Shown in pieces: positions 17,875 through 26,679 of a stretch of 64,000 nt of DNA. The notes below the pieces were generated by a model, which was not told where the DNA came from, ran no database searches, and saw only the letters and a list, made by a program, of their open reading frames with translations. Source of the DNA: a virus (taxonomy: Duplodnaviria; Caudoviricetes); IMG/VR virus record IMGVR_UViG_3300012910_000003, positions 1 through 64,000 of that record; one strand, 5' to 3'. How positions within the stretch are numbered: position 1 is the first letter of the stretch; each line of letters opens with the position of its first letter. The translations under genes were made by a program, and so were the position numbers.

Positions 17875-18456
17875 TTATTTACTAACTAATTCAGTAATTA
17901 CTTTACTTGCTTTAATACTCTCCATTCTTTTTAGAATCTTATTAGTTTTTAATTCTATTAATTTTCCATAAGATTGTTCAACATAACTTTCTATACTATT
18001 AGATTCAATATTTAATTGAATATTTCTAATAGCTCTATTCTTGTTATGAGTAGTTGAATAAGCTTTATAAGATTGCTCATTAATAACCCTATTAGGATTA
18101 ATACAAGATCTCTTATTAACTGCTTTATTAAAACAAACTACTTCTCTATTAATACCTACTTTTAGAATACCGTTCTCATAATAAACATAAGTACTAATAG
18201 TTCCTTCAGCAGGTTCACTAGGATTTGTAGTTTTAACTTTATTAGCAATAGGGTTGAAATACAATTTAGTACTAGTTTGTTCAATATCTTTACTATTAAT
18301 AAATACTTGAATATTAGTACCAATATTATAACCTACAACAGTTTGACCATTAGTTAGGTTATATTTACAATTAATTTCTTCAGTCATTAACTTTATAGTA
18401 TCAATAGTTCTACAAACTAATTGATTTTTAGTAGTAATTCTAGTTCTTTGTTTCAT
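17875..18456 (-). CDS. hypothetical protein
   Basis: Likely start at MKQRT. Confidence 0.55.
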   Translation of the reverse strand: MKQRTRITTKNQLVCRTIDTIKLMTEEINCKYNLTNGQTVVGYNIGTNIQVFINSKDIEQTSTKLYFNPIANKVKTTNPSEPAEGTISTYVYYENGILKVGINREVVCFNKAVNKRSCINPNRVINEQSYKAYSTTHNKNRAIRNIQLNIESNSIESYVEQSYGKLIELKTNKILKRMESIKASKVITELVSK

Positions 18457-18466
18457 ATTAATTATA

Positions 18467-18769
18467 TTAATCTCTAAAATCTTTACAACAATTCCATCCA
18501 ATGTAAATTCCTATTAGTGTAAATACTACTATACAAAATATAATGTATTCAGTACAATCTCCATAAGTTGAAGCTATATAATTATTAGTCTTATTATTAA
18601 AAATGTGATATTCTTCACCTTCTTTAATAACTAATAAAGTATCAAATTCTTTATGTAACTGTTTATCAGTTACTTCTGTTCTTAGACTACTTCTTTTATA
18701 AGTAACTTGGTCAACGCAACTACTTATACCTAGTATAAATAGAGTTAATATTAATAGTTTCTTGATCAT
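18467..18769 (-). CDS. putative lipoprotein with C-terminal TM
   Basis: MIKK-hydrophobic-ISSC lipobox; C-terminal hydrophobic helix. Confidence 0.6.
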   Translation of the reverse strand: MIKKLLILTLFILGISSCVDQVTYKRSSLRTEVTDKQLHKEFDTLLVIKEGEEYHIFNNKTNNYIASTYGDCTEYIIFCIVVFTLIGIYIGWNCCKDFRD

Positions 18770-18774
18770 TTTAG

Positions 18775-18930
18775 TTATTCAATTATTTCTTCTACTTCAG
18801 TTGTATCTTCTACTTTAATTACTGTATTAGCTTTAATTATATTTTCTTCTGATAAGAAATATAATATATCTCCTAAACTATCTTTAGACTTTATGTAGTT
18901 TCTAATTTGTTCTACTGTAAATAGTTCCAT
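18775..18930 (-). CDS. small hypothetical protein (51 aa)
   Basis: Manual ORF MELFTVEQIRNYIKSKDSLGDILY... Confidence 0.55.
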   Translation of the reverse strand: MELFTVEQIRNYIKSKDSLGDILYFLSEENIIKANTVIKVEDTTEVEEIIE

Positions 18931-18938
18931 AATTATTA

Positions 18939-19364
18939 TTACTCATTAAAATGATATTCATCTCCTTCTTCACCTTCAATTTCATCAGGAAATCCATATT
19001 TATTAGCAGTTGCTTTAAATAGAGGTAATCCATAGTAAGAATAAGAATTAAAGTTTTCTAAACCTTCTTCTAAAACCCAATTCCACATACTAACTACTTC
19101 ATACATCATACCTGCTGATAAACCTCTTTGATTTAGAGCTTTTTCAAACCCAAAAGATACATCACTTTCTAGTTGTTTTAATATATTTTCTTTTGAAAAC
19201 TCTATTACTTTACTATTCCAAGATTCTTCTGTTACCCCTTCTTTAGCTTCTAAACCAAAGCTACTTAACATATTAAATGGTATAAATTGAGCTAATCTAT
19301 TTAGGTCTCTACCATCAATAGTATTTGATTTATATTCTTTTGCTATTTGTTCTAGTGATTTCAT
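18939..19364 (-). CDS. conserved phage hypothetical protein
   Basis: DGRDxxRL...FGFEKALNQRG.SA...YGLPLFKATA pattern. Confidence 0.65.
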   Translation of the reverse strand: MKSLEQIAKEYKSNTIDGRDLNRLAQFIPFNMLSSFGLEAKEGVTEESWNSKVIEFSKENILKQLESDVSFGFEKALNQRGLSAGMMYEVVSMWNWVLEEGLENFNSYSYYGLPLFKATANKYGFPDEIEGEEGDEYHFNE

Positions 19365-19618
19365 TATTTTAGTTTTAAAATATTTACTGATGGTTTATTA
19401 TTTTGTAGTAGTATTTTGTCTACAAATATTGCAGCCTCTCTTTCAGTATTAAATATTTGAATATTTTGACCTATAGTTTTACCTATTAATCTTCCTTCAT
19501 ATTTAATCTCTTTAGTAGCTGTATTTTGTCTTATATAAACATATTTGTATAATTGACTTTTACCAATATATTTAAATAGTTTCTTTTGTAAGTGAGTAGT
19601 TCTTTTGTTGTTAGACAT
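19364..19618 (-). CDS. AP2-like DNA-binding domain protein
   Basis: YKYVY...YEGR...FNTEREAAxxVD...N. Confidence 0.6.
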   Translation of the reverse strand: MSNNKRTTHLQKKLFKYIGKSQLYKYVYIRQNTATKEIKYEGRLIGKTIGQNIQIFNTEREAAIFVDKILLQNNKPSVNILKLK

Positions 19619-19672
19619 AATAAATAAGACCTTCTAATATTTCTACTAGAAGGTCTTTATTATAATTACTTA

Positions 19673-20278
19673 TTAAGCTGTTACCATAGCAGTTACTCTA
19701 TCTTGAAGAGTAACACAATTATCTAAGAACTCATCTTGAGTGAGTTGTTTAGTCTTACCTTCAGAATCTTTAAGCATTTCTACTGATCTATGAGTAGGTT
19801 TTTTGTCAACCACATCAATAGTTCTAAAAATAGCTTTTCCTTCAGTACTTAGATAATACATTGATACACCATTTTCTTCTCTTTGTTTACAAGTATTAAG
19901 AACAGCTGTTGTATATTCTACTTCATCAGTAGCCTTTAGAGCTACATTTTTAGGTATAATAGTACTTTCATTCAACTGAAGATAAATAGGGGCTCCTGAT
20001 ATAGTTTTAGCTTCTATATTAAGCTCTAATACATCTCCTACATTTACTGGAAAAGTAGTAATACCAAAAGTTTTCTCAATACCTTCTTTACTAGCTTTAT
20101 TAATCCAAGCTAATTGAGGCTTAGAGATATTAAATCTAGCATCATCAAAATTTAATTGACTTAGTAATGATGGTTCTTGAGCCAATCCTTCTAATCTGCC
20201 TTGAAAAGTAAGAGAATAGTTAGCTTTACCATTTGAATCATTAATTCTTTTAATACTTAAAATTTTAGTAGTATTCAT
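19673..20278 (-). CDS. putative single-stranded DNA-binding protein (crAss-like)
   Basis: Beta-rich with GKAIFR motif; own structured leader and terminator; weak assignment. Confidence 0.35.
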   Translation of the reverse strand: MNTTKILSIKRINDSNGKANYSLTFQGRLEGLAQEPSLLSQLNFDDARFNISKPQLAWINKASKEGIEKTFGITTFPVNVGDVLELNIEAKTISGAPIYLQLNESTIIPKNVALKATDEVEYTTAVLNTCKQREENGVSMYYLSTEGKAIFRTIDVVDKKPTHRSVEMLKDSEGKTKQLTQDEFLDNCVTLQDRVTAMVTA

Positions 20279-20459
20279 TATTATTGTTATTAGTAATTAT
20301 TTATTAATCAAACCTATTTAGCTGGTTTCTGCTGATAATTCCTTTATTCAATTATCTAGTTACTTTTGTTCTGTATTTAACTGGCTTACAACAGTTCTAC
20401 TATCACCTAGAGCTACATTAAAAGATAGGTATACAACTGTATACCTACTAAATTACTTA

Positions 20460-21377
20460 TTAATTAAACATTCCTAATTCTATTAACCTATTTAAATCAT
20501 CTTTAAATTCAGCTAACATTTCTTTTGCTCTTTCTAAAGTAGCTACTGATATTTGGAATATAAAAGCATTTGTATTTGCTCTTGTAAAACAATCTATTTT
20601 ATTATTATTTAATTCTATACCAGATTTATCACTATTTGATGAACTCCAATTAGCTTTAAAATTATCAACTTCATTATAAAACTTAGCCCAATTTCTCATG
20701 AGCATCATAGTGTTATATAATAGAACATTATTATTAGCTTCTTCTTTAGATGAAAATACATAATTAATATTTGTCTTTTCATTAATAGAATCCATTACTG
20801 TAAACTCTCCCTTAGTTGTGTCTGTGATAAAATAAAACTTAGCTTCATTATCATTTAATACTTCTCTTTTCCAAACTTTATCTCCTTTAAAACAATCTGG
20901 ATGATTAGCTTTAATTTTAGGTTTCCAACCTTCACAAGCTAAGTCATATAATCCTTTTATAGACCCTACAGTAGTACTTCCATCTATTTTGAAGTTAGAT
21001 ACTATAAACTCTTTTTGAGTGTCTGTAGCAGCCTCAAAATAGGTATTAACAAGTTTTCTATCTATTTTGATTTGAGTATTATTATTGAATTCTTCTTTTG
21101 TTATCATTTCTGTTTCTTGTTTTAATACTAATCTTTTAAAATCTTCAAATGATATTTCTGTGAAACCTCCAATTAGTATTTTTGAACCATTCCAACTTGA
21201 TAGTTTATTTCTATTGTCTAAAAAATAATAGTAATCAGTTAGTGACCCAAATACACCAATATTAACACCATTAATTTTTTCATATTCTGTGATGTAATCA
21301 CCAAGTTCTTTACAGCCTTTTATGCACCAAAACTCAGGAAGTTCTTTCAATTCTTTTTGTACACTATTACTATCCAT
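20460..21377 (-). CDS. multi-domain hypothetical protein
   Basis: LPEFWCIK...EISFEDFK N-terminal module fused to a second domain. Confidence 0.6.
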   Translation of the reverse strand: MDSNSVQKELKELPEFWCIKGCKELGDYITEYEKINGVNIGVFGSLTDYYYFLDNRNKLSSWNGSKILIGGFTEISFEDFKRLVLKQETEMITKEEFNNNTQIKIDRKLVNTYFEAATDTQKEFIVSNFKIDGSTTVGSIKGLYDLACEGWKPKIKANHPDCFKGDKVWKREVLNDNEAKFYFITDTTKGEFTVMDSINEKTNINYVFSSKEEANNNVLLYNTMMLMRNWAKFYNEVDNFKANWSSSNSDKSGIELNNNKIDCFTRANTNAFIFQISVATLERAKEMLAEFKDDLNRLIELGMFN

Positions 21378-21480
21378 TTTTATATTATTTAAACTTATTA
21401 ATCTTTTTAAAAAGAAATAACCTATAATTATAAACTATAGGTTATTTGGTGTATAAATCATTTTTAACTAAAATCTGTAG

Positions 21481-21665
21481 CGAAGACTCAAGGTTTCGAA
21501 CCTTAATTTATTTATTATTATAGTTATGGTGTGTTAAACTCAGAAAAAGCTGCCCAAACGAAAGGATATGCCTAAGGTTATTAAATCTAATATCTCATTA
21601 TCTCAACAAGAATATTAAATCTCCATAATATATAAATAAGTTTTTCCTACTTAAACTAAATCTTC
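21481..21665 (-). ncRNA. tRNA-like RNA with ~110-nt structured insert in place of the anticodon loop
   Basis: Acceptor GAAGATT/AGTCTTC, D arm GTTT-AAGTAGGAA-AAAC, T arm TAAGG-TTCGAAA-CCTTG, extended anticodon stem; flanked by terminator-like hairpins. Confidence 0.7.
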
Positions 21666-21909
21666 TTTATAAATAAAAAAGTAAGCTAATAACATAATTA
21701 CTAGCCTACTTAAATCAATAAACTCTTTGTTTAAACTACTCTCCAAAGTAATTGTCTTTAATTTAATGTGTTTAAATATACCTCATTCATATAAGCATAA
21801 GTATTTACTATATTTTTAGGAATAATAGTAAACTTACTTAATACTAATATTATAGGCATTGCTTGTCCCATTTTTATAGCTTCTTTATTTGGTGTAATTA
21901 TTCTCATAA

Positions 21910-22344
21910 TTATTTCTTTTTAATGTAATTAGCTTTATAATATCTATTACCTATATTACTACCAAAAGGAAATAATATAAATTCAATAATTATGTTATCC
22001 TTATATTTAAATTGATTATTACCAAAAAACCAAACTTTATCAGCATTAAACTTATCAACTTTAGCTCTTTTAATTATCTTATTAGATATAATGTAATTAT
22101 AGTATACATCTCCTCTAATAGAATCAACATCATTTCTAAGCATTATAGATGTGTATACAACAGTATCTATAGCTTGATGTGAGTATTGATTAGTATCTGA
22201 TAGAGGTATATATTCACCATTTAACAACTGATTATAATCAGGAGTTACTGACTTATTATCATTTGAATTATTACAACTTATACCTAGTATAGCTATAATA
22301 AATATTGATATTATTGGGATTAATTGTTTTTTATTATTGTTCAT
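21910..22344 (-). CDS. putative lipoprotein
   Basis: LGISC lipobox followed by an N/S/D-rich tether. Confidence 0.7.
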   Translation of the reverse strand: MNNNKKQLIPIISIFIIAILGISCNNSNDNKSVTPDYNQLLNGEYIPLSDTNQYSHQAIDTVVYTSIMLRNDVDSIRGDVYYNYIISNKIIKRAKVDKFNADKVWFFGNNQFKYKDNIIIEFILFPFGSNIGNRYYKANYIKKK

Positions 22345-22470
22345 TTTATTACTATTTAGTTTTTCTGAAATTTTATTTGATTTTAGTTGTAAAAATATCT
22401 ATCTAATAATTAAGTACTATTAGATAGATATTAGCATAATTTCCTAACTTAGGTTATTTAATATTTAAAA

Positions 22471-22672
22471 GATATTAATAAGAACAGTAGCTTTAAATAT
22501 CCTATTCTACTTAGCTAAAACTTCTTCCAAGATATCATCTACCTACTTATTATATTACTATAACAGTTAGTATTGGATTTGAACCAAGAGTCCTAGCATC
22601 TTATTAATACCTTAATACTTAATTACTTTATGAGGTATACTTCTCTGTATATAAATCTCTACGACCTGCTAT
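22471..22672 (-). ncRNA. candidate structured RNA with a tRNA-type T loop
   Basis: TTGG-TTCAAAT-CCAA inside a 13-bp closing stem; lies in a ~330-nt ORF-free gap. Confidence 0.4.
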
Positions 22673-22861
22673 TATTAGTTTCATAAATTTAATTTTCTTC
22701 TAATAAATGCATTATACCTGTTGCTACTACATATCCCATTATAAAAGTATATATTAAATGAAGTGGAAAATAATCATCAAATATAATCCCATGAAATCTT
22801 GGAGAGACTATAGGTGATAATAATATTAAACTTAAACTTATTGTTATTAATCTTTTCATAG

Positions 22862-23083
22862 TTATATTGTTATAGCTTTAAAGAAATCATCAATTCTATC
22901 ATCTCTATAAAAAGGATCATTTTTAGTAGTTCTAATAGAATTAGCTACACTTGGATATAATTTATTAAGACAATTAAACCAAGTTTGACCTTTTCTCCAA
23001 CTAGGATTTAATGCAGACTTTTCTTCAAAGCATCTGATTAATTCTTCTAGTTGGGTTTTTGTTAATTTATTATCTGATTCCAT
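22862..23083 (-). CDS. hypothetical protein
   Basis: WRKGQxxFN...DPFYxD phage motif. Confidence 0.65.
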   Translation of the reverse strand: MESDNKLTKTQLEELIRCFEEKSALNPSWRKGQTWFNCLNKLYPSVANSIRTTKNDPFYRDDRIDDFFKAITI

Positions 23084-23085
23084 AA

Positions 23086-23310
23086 TTATTTAAACAAGTC
23101 TGGATTATTATCTAATATACAAATACCTATTAGTTCTTGTAAAGAGAAACTTTCTTTTGTTTTAACATCAACTATACATGTTTTACCAATATGTATATTT
23201 AAATGAGTTCTACTCATATCAAACATATTCTTCATATCATCAGAATAACTATTATCCTTACCATTATTATACTTCTTAAGTACAATATCTATTTTATCTA
23301 GTAAGGTCAT
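23086..23310 (-). CDS. hypothetical protein
   Basis: ORF track. Confidence 0.5.
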   Translation of the reverse strand: MTLLDKIDIVLKKYNNGKDNSYSDDMKNMFDMSRTHLNIHIGKTCIVDVKTKESFSLQELIGICILDNNPDLFK

Positions 23311-23476
23311 ATTATATTGGTTTACCTATTAATTCTATAGTATACTTATATATACTACTTTTATTACTATGATATTGTAAAGCTATTTTACATTTATCTT
23401 CAATAAGATAAGTTTCTATTATTTTTGGTCTATCTTCATACCATTCTATTAATACCCACATATTATGTTGTTTTAG

Positions 23477-23677
23477 TTATTGATTATCTCTTTCTATATA
23501 AACTTGTAAACTATCAAACTTAATAGTCTTTACATTAATATTGTTATATACTTTACAACTATCATTTAATAATAGTTCTATTGTATATTCTTGTTTAATA
23601 GGACATTTATTTAATTGTTTTGCTACAAATACTCCTAAAAAGAAAGCTATTATTGTTAAAGGTTCTAAATATTTCAT
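23477..23677 (-). CDS. membrane-anchored hypothetical protein
   Basis: N-terminal TM. Confidence 0.55.
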   Translation of the reverse strand: MKYLEPLTIIAFFLGVFVAKQLNKCPIKQEYTIELLLNDSCKVYNNINVKTIKFDSLQVYIERDNQ

Positions 23678-23889
23678 TATTTTTTATTTAAGTATATATC
23701 TTCTATTTCTCTACCAGTTAAACTATTAGGATGTCTATCTGTAACATTTAATCCTTTAAGTCTTAACCAAGGTATTACTTGATAGAATTTCTCTTCTAAA
23801 GAGAGGCTATTAAACCAGTCTAAAGCTTTTGTTCTAGTTTCTGAACTTTGAATAGTTTTGTTAACAACTATTATCTTTTTATTACTCAT
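23677..23889 (-). CDS. hypothetical protein
   Basis: ALxWFNxLS...LTGREIE motif. Confidence 0.6.
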   Translation of the reverse strand: MSNKKIIVVNKTIQSSETRTKALDWFNSLSLEEKFYQVIPWLRLKGLNVTDRHPNSLTGREIEDIYLNKK

Positions 23890-23919
23890 AATATTAGTAG
23901 TTTTTGATTTAGTTATTAT

Positions 23920-24246
23920 TTACACAGGAAATTCATATTTTCTGTATTCTGGCAGAAGCTTTGAGTCTTCTATTATTTCTTTTATAAACTCATCCTCACT
24001 TTTTGTGAAATCTACACATCCTAGATAGTTACACCTATTTTCTGCTCCAAATTGAATCATTTTTACTTTACCCTCTAAGGATTTTTCTATTGTATATGAT
24101 TCTTTCCAATTTGGTTTAAGACCTTCATAAAATATACCTATAACAATAACTTTTCTCTTCCTTCTTCTACCGCTACCTGAAACTTTTGCTTCATCACTAC
24201 TATCAATTATGTAAAAACTATCTCCTATTTTAAAATTTGTTATCAT
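23920..24246 (-). CDS. hypothetical protein (SH3-like N-terminus)
   Basis: FKIGDxFY. Confidence 0.55.
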   Translation of the reverse strand: MITNFKIGDSFYIIDSSDEAKVSGSGRRRKRKVIVIGIFYEGLKPNWKESYTIEKSLEGKVKMIQFGAENRCNYLGCVDFTKSEDEFIKEIIEDSKLLPEYRKYEFPV

Positions 24247-24489
24247 TTTGTTATATGATTGATTTTGATTTAGTTATTTAAAAGTAAGCTTGGTGTCTAG
24301 TAACCAATTCCAATATTAATATTGACTAAATTTCAATAGTTTATTCTATCTATTATAAACTGTTAGTATGTATAATAGTTCTCAAAATATCACTTAATCT
24401 AACAAAAGTGGGGTTTTTATTTGTATAGTAAAAACTCATAAACAGTTGTATATATCCTTTCAACAGAGCTGTTCCATAAAGACTATTAA

Positions 24490-24873
24490 TTAACCTCTAC
24501 CTTTAAAATTAGATAGATATTGCTTACCACAACATGAGTTAATATTAACATTTAATATTAATACCTCTTCATCAGTATAGTTTCTTACCTTAAATAACTC
24601 TTTCTCACCTCTAACATTAGGAACCTGTAATTGCCAATAACAAGATTTTATATTACCACAAGTTATATCATTTTTATTACTATTGTTTAGGTTACTCCAA
24701 TGAGTAGAATACCTAATAATGTATTTACCTTTATTATTTTCACCATACCAATATTCAGAAGATACTTCTCCTTGTTTATTCTGTGATATATAATCAGGTG
24801 TTCTTTTAGGTTTTTTACAACCTTTAAATACAGCAAATGTTGATTTATGGAAGTTATCAAATGTATAGTTCAT
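24490..24873 (-). CDS. conserved hypothetical protein
   Basis: PDYIS...SEYWY...IRxSxHW...IxSCxW; likely start at MNYTF. Confidence 0.6.
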   Translation of the reverse strand: MNYTFDNFHKSTFAVFKGCKKPKRTPDYISQNKQGEVSSEYWYGENNKGKYIIRYSTHWSNLNNSNKNDITCGNIKSCYWQLQVPNVRGEKELFKVRNYTDEEVLILNVNINSCCGKQYLSNFKGRG

Positions 24874-25218
24874 TGTTATATGGGTTTTTAGTTTATTAAT
24901 TGTTGAGAATTGGTTAATTATTGTATTATATTGATTATACAACCACTACATTACCATAAATAATATCTAAAATAGATAGATAATTATCCAGAATGGATCT
25001 ATATAATACTTAATATTATACAGATTGAGTTTGTTAAAATATGCTCATAGTAATATGAGTATCAATTACTTATCCTATAATCTTAGAACTATTTTTCTAG
25101 TGATTGGATTCAAATTACTCAAAATATATACTAAAAATACACTATTTAATTAGTAATTTACTAAAATAATAGTGATATTTGTACCATAATTTAATGTGTC
25201 ACTAAAATAATAGTAGAA

Positions 25219-25707
25219 ATGAGAGCAATGAAACCACATGTTTTACCAGAAGAATTAGGAGCTAATCCATTTGTTAAGAAACTAGTAATACCTGTAGTGG
25301 TAAGAAAAGAGTTTGGTAAAATAGCTAAAGATGATCAAGGTCATTATAAGTCTGCTACATTTGAAGTAGAGTATACTTCTCATACTAAACTATTCTGTAC
25401 TCCTGAGAAAAGGTTTATAACTAATCAATTGAGTCCAAGAGCTAAAGAATTATTACTTTGGGTAATGTATCAATTAACTAATGCACAAGACTATATTTGG
25501 ATTAATAAGAAGATGTATATGGAAGAGAATAATATAACTTCTATTGATACTTATAAGAAAGCTATTGTAGACTTAGTATTAAAAGAGTTCTTAACTCCTA
25601 CTATTAAAGCAGATGTATATTGGATTAACCCTGATATGATATTTAAAGGAGATAGATTAAATAAATACCCAGATCAATGTGTTACTAAGTATGATTATTC
25701 AGGATAA
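25219..25707 (+). CDS. RepL-like winged-helix replication/maintenance protein
   Basis: LSPRAKELLLW...KKAIxDL...YWINPDMIFKGDR. Confidence 0.7.
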   Translation: MRAMKPHVLPEELGANPFVKKLVIPVVVRKEFGKIAKDDQGHYKSATFEVEYTSHTKLFCTPEKRFITNQLSPRAKELLLWVMYQLTNAQDYIWINKKMYMEENNITSIDTYKKAIVDLVLKEFLTPTIKADVYWINPDMIFKGDRLNKYPDQCVTKYDYSG

Positions 25708-25710
25708 GTT

Positions 25711-25745
25711 AAAATAACCCTAGTTACAACTAACTAGGGTTATGT
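25711..25745. terminator. bidirectional terminator
   Basis: ATAACCCTAGTT/AACTAGGGTTAT. Confidence 0.7.
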
Positions 25746-25932
25746 GTTTAGTTATATACTACATCATATCTACTAAACTCACCTTTTGATATAGGATTAA
25801 TACATTATCCATCATCTATTATCTTATTGTATTAATCAATTATAAGATATAGACGTTCAGTTATGTAAACTGAAAAGTCTTAGATAAGTCCAACAACACT
25901 ACAATAGTAGAATTACTTGTTGGACTGTATTA

Positions 25933-26079
25933 TTATTTAGCTACTAAAGCTTCTTCAACTAAATATACTCCATTATCTTGAGTACATTCATTACATATAG
26001 CACAGAATTGATCAGCTTCTTCCTTACTATCAAATTCTTGAACTATTCTATTTTCTTGCATTACTAGATATACTATCAT
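25933..26079 (-). CDS. small hypothetical protein (48 aa)
   Basis: Manual ORF MIVYLVMQENRIVQEFDSKEEADQFC... Confidence 0.55.
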   Translation of the reverse strand: MIVYLVMQENRIVQEFDSKEEADQFCAICNECTQDNGVYLVEEALVAK

Positions 26080-26368
26080 AATATAAAGAGTTTAAAGGGA
26101 GAAGCTAATCTCCCTAAGTTATTATTTAGCATTACGCTCATTATAGAGCCTTATAGCCTCTCTTTCTGAGATAGCTATGATAATCTGACCTGAAATCTTA
26201 AAGTGAGCAGCCATTGGACATAATATTAATGATTAAACAAAGAACTAATAAGGCTATGTAGTTAATTACAAAGCCTATGAAATAACTATTTCTTAACATA
26301 TGATTGGAGATAACATGTGATTATTATTTAAATGATTATTGAATACTTAGTAAAGAGGAAAATACTGT

Positions 26369-26653
26369 TTAAAACAGTATCTCCTCAAGTTGAAATTGTT
26401 TGTAAGTAACACCATTACTCACAGTATCCTTTCTGTAGATAGCTCTAATACCATTTGAGTTCTTAAGCTCAAACATATCTCTCATACCAAAGGATAACTT
26501 ATCACCAATGATAACACTCATTGCTTCACCAGTAGTACTCTCCTTGCCCTTAATAAGAGCATATTCCTTGATATAAGTAAAGCCTGTGATACTCATAGTG
26601 TATGATGTACCTATTTGTAAAGTAGCAACGTTAGTTGCAGTAGTTGTAGCCAT
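26369..26653 (-). CDS. hypothetical early protein (small beta fold)
   Basis: First gene of the minus-strand block. Confidence 0.6.
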   Translation of the reverse strand: MATTTATNVATLQIGTSYTMSITGFTYIKEYALIKGKESTTGEAMSVIIGDKLSFGMRDMFELKNSNGIRAIYRKDTVSNGVTYKQFQLEEILF

Positions 26654-26679
26654 AATAATGTTGATTTTTAGTTAAAAAG

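Noticed and set aside
21481-21665. tmRNA or group I intron-containing tRNA
   Set aside because: No G3:U70 or A73 alanine identity, full D stem present, insert only ~110 nt with no recognisable P/Q/R/S core; internal short frames are not convincing tags
1009-22246. DGR template/variable repeat pair behind the TPDYNxLLNGE match
   Set aside because: Only 33 bp, differences mostly synonymous and not confined to adenines of one copy, no reverse transcriptase in the window
22560-22600. Cobalamin riboswitch or intact tRNA-Met
   Set aside because: Only the T-loop-like part matches; no GGGAA/B12 box and no matching 5' acceptor and D arm in normal order
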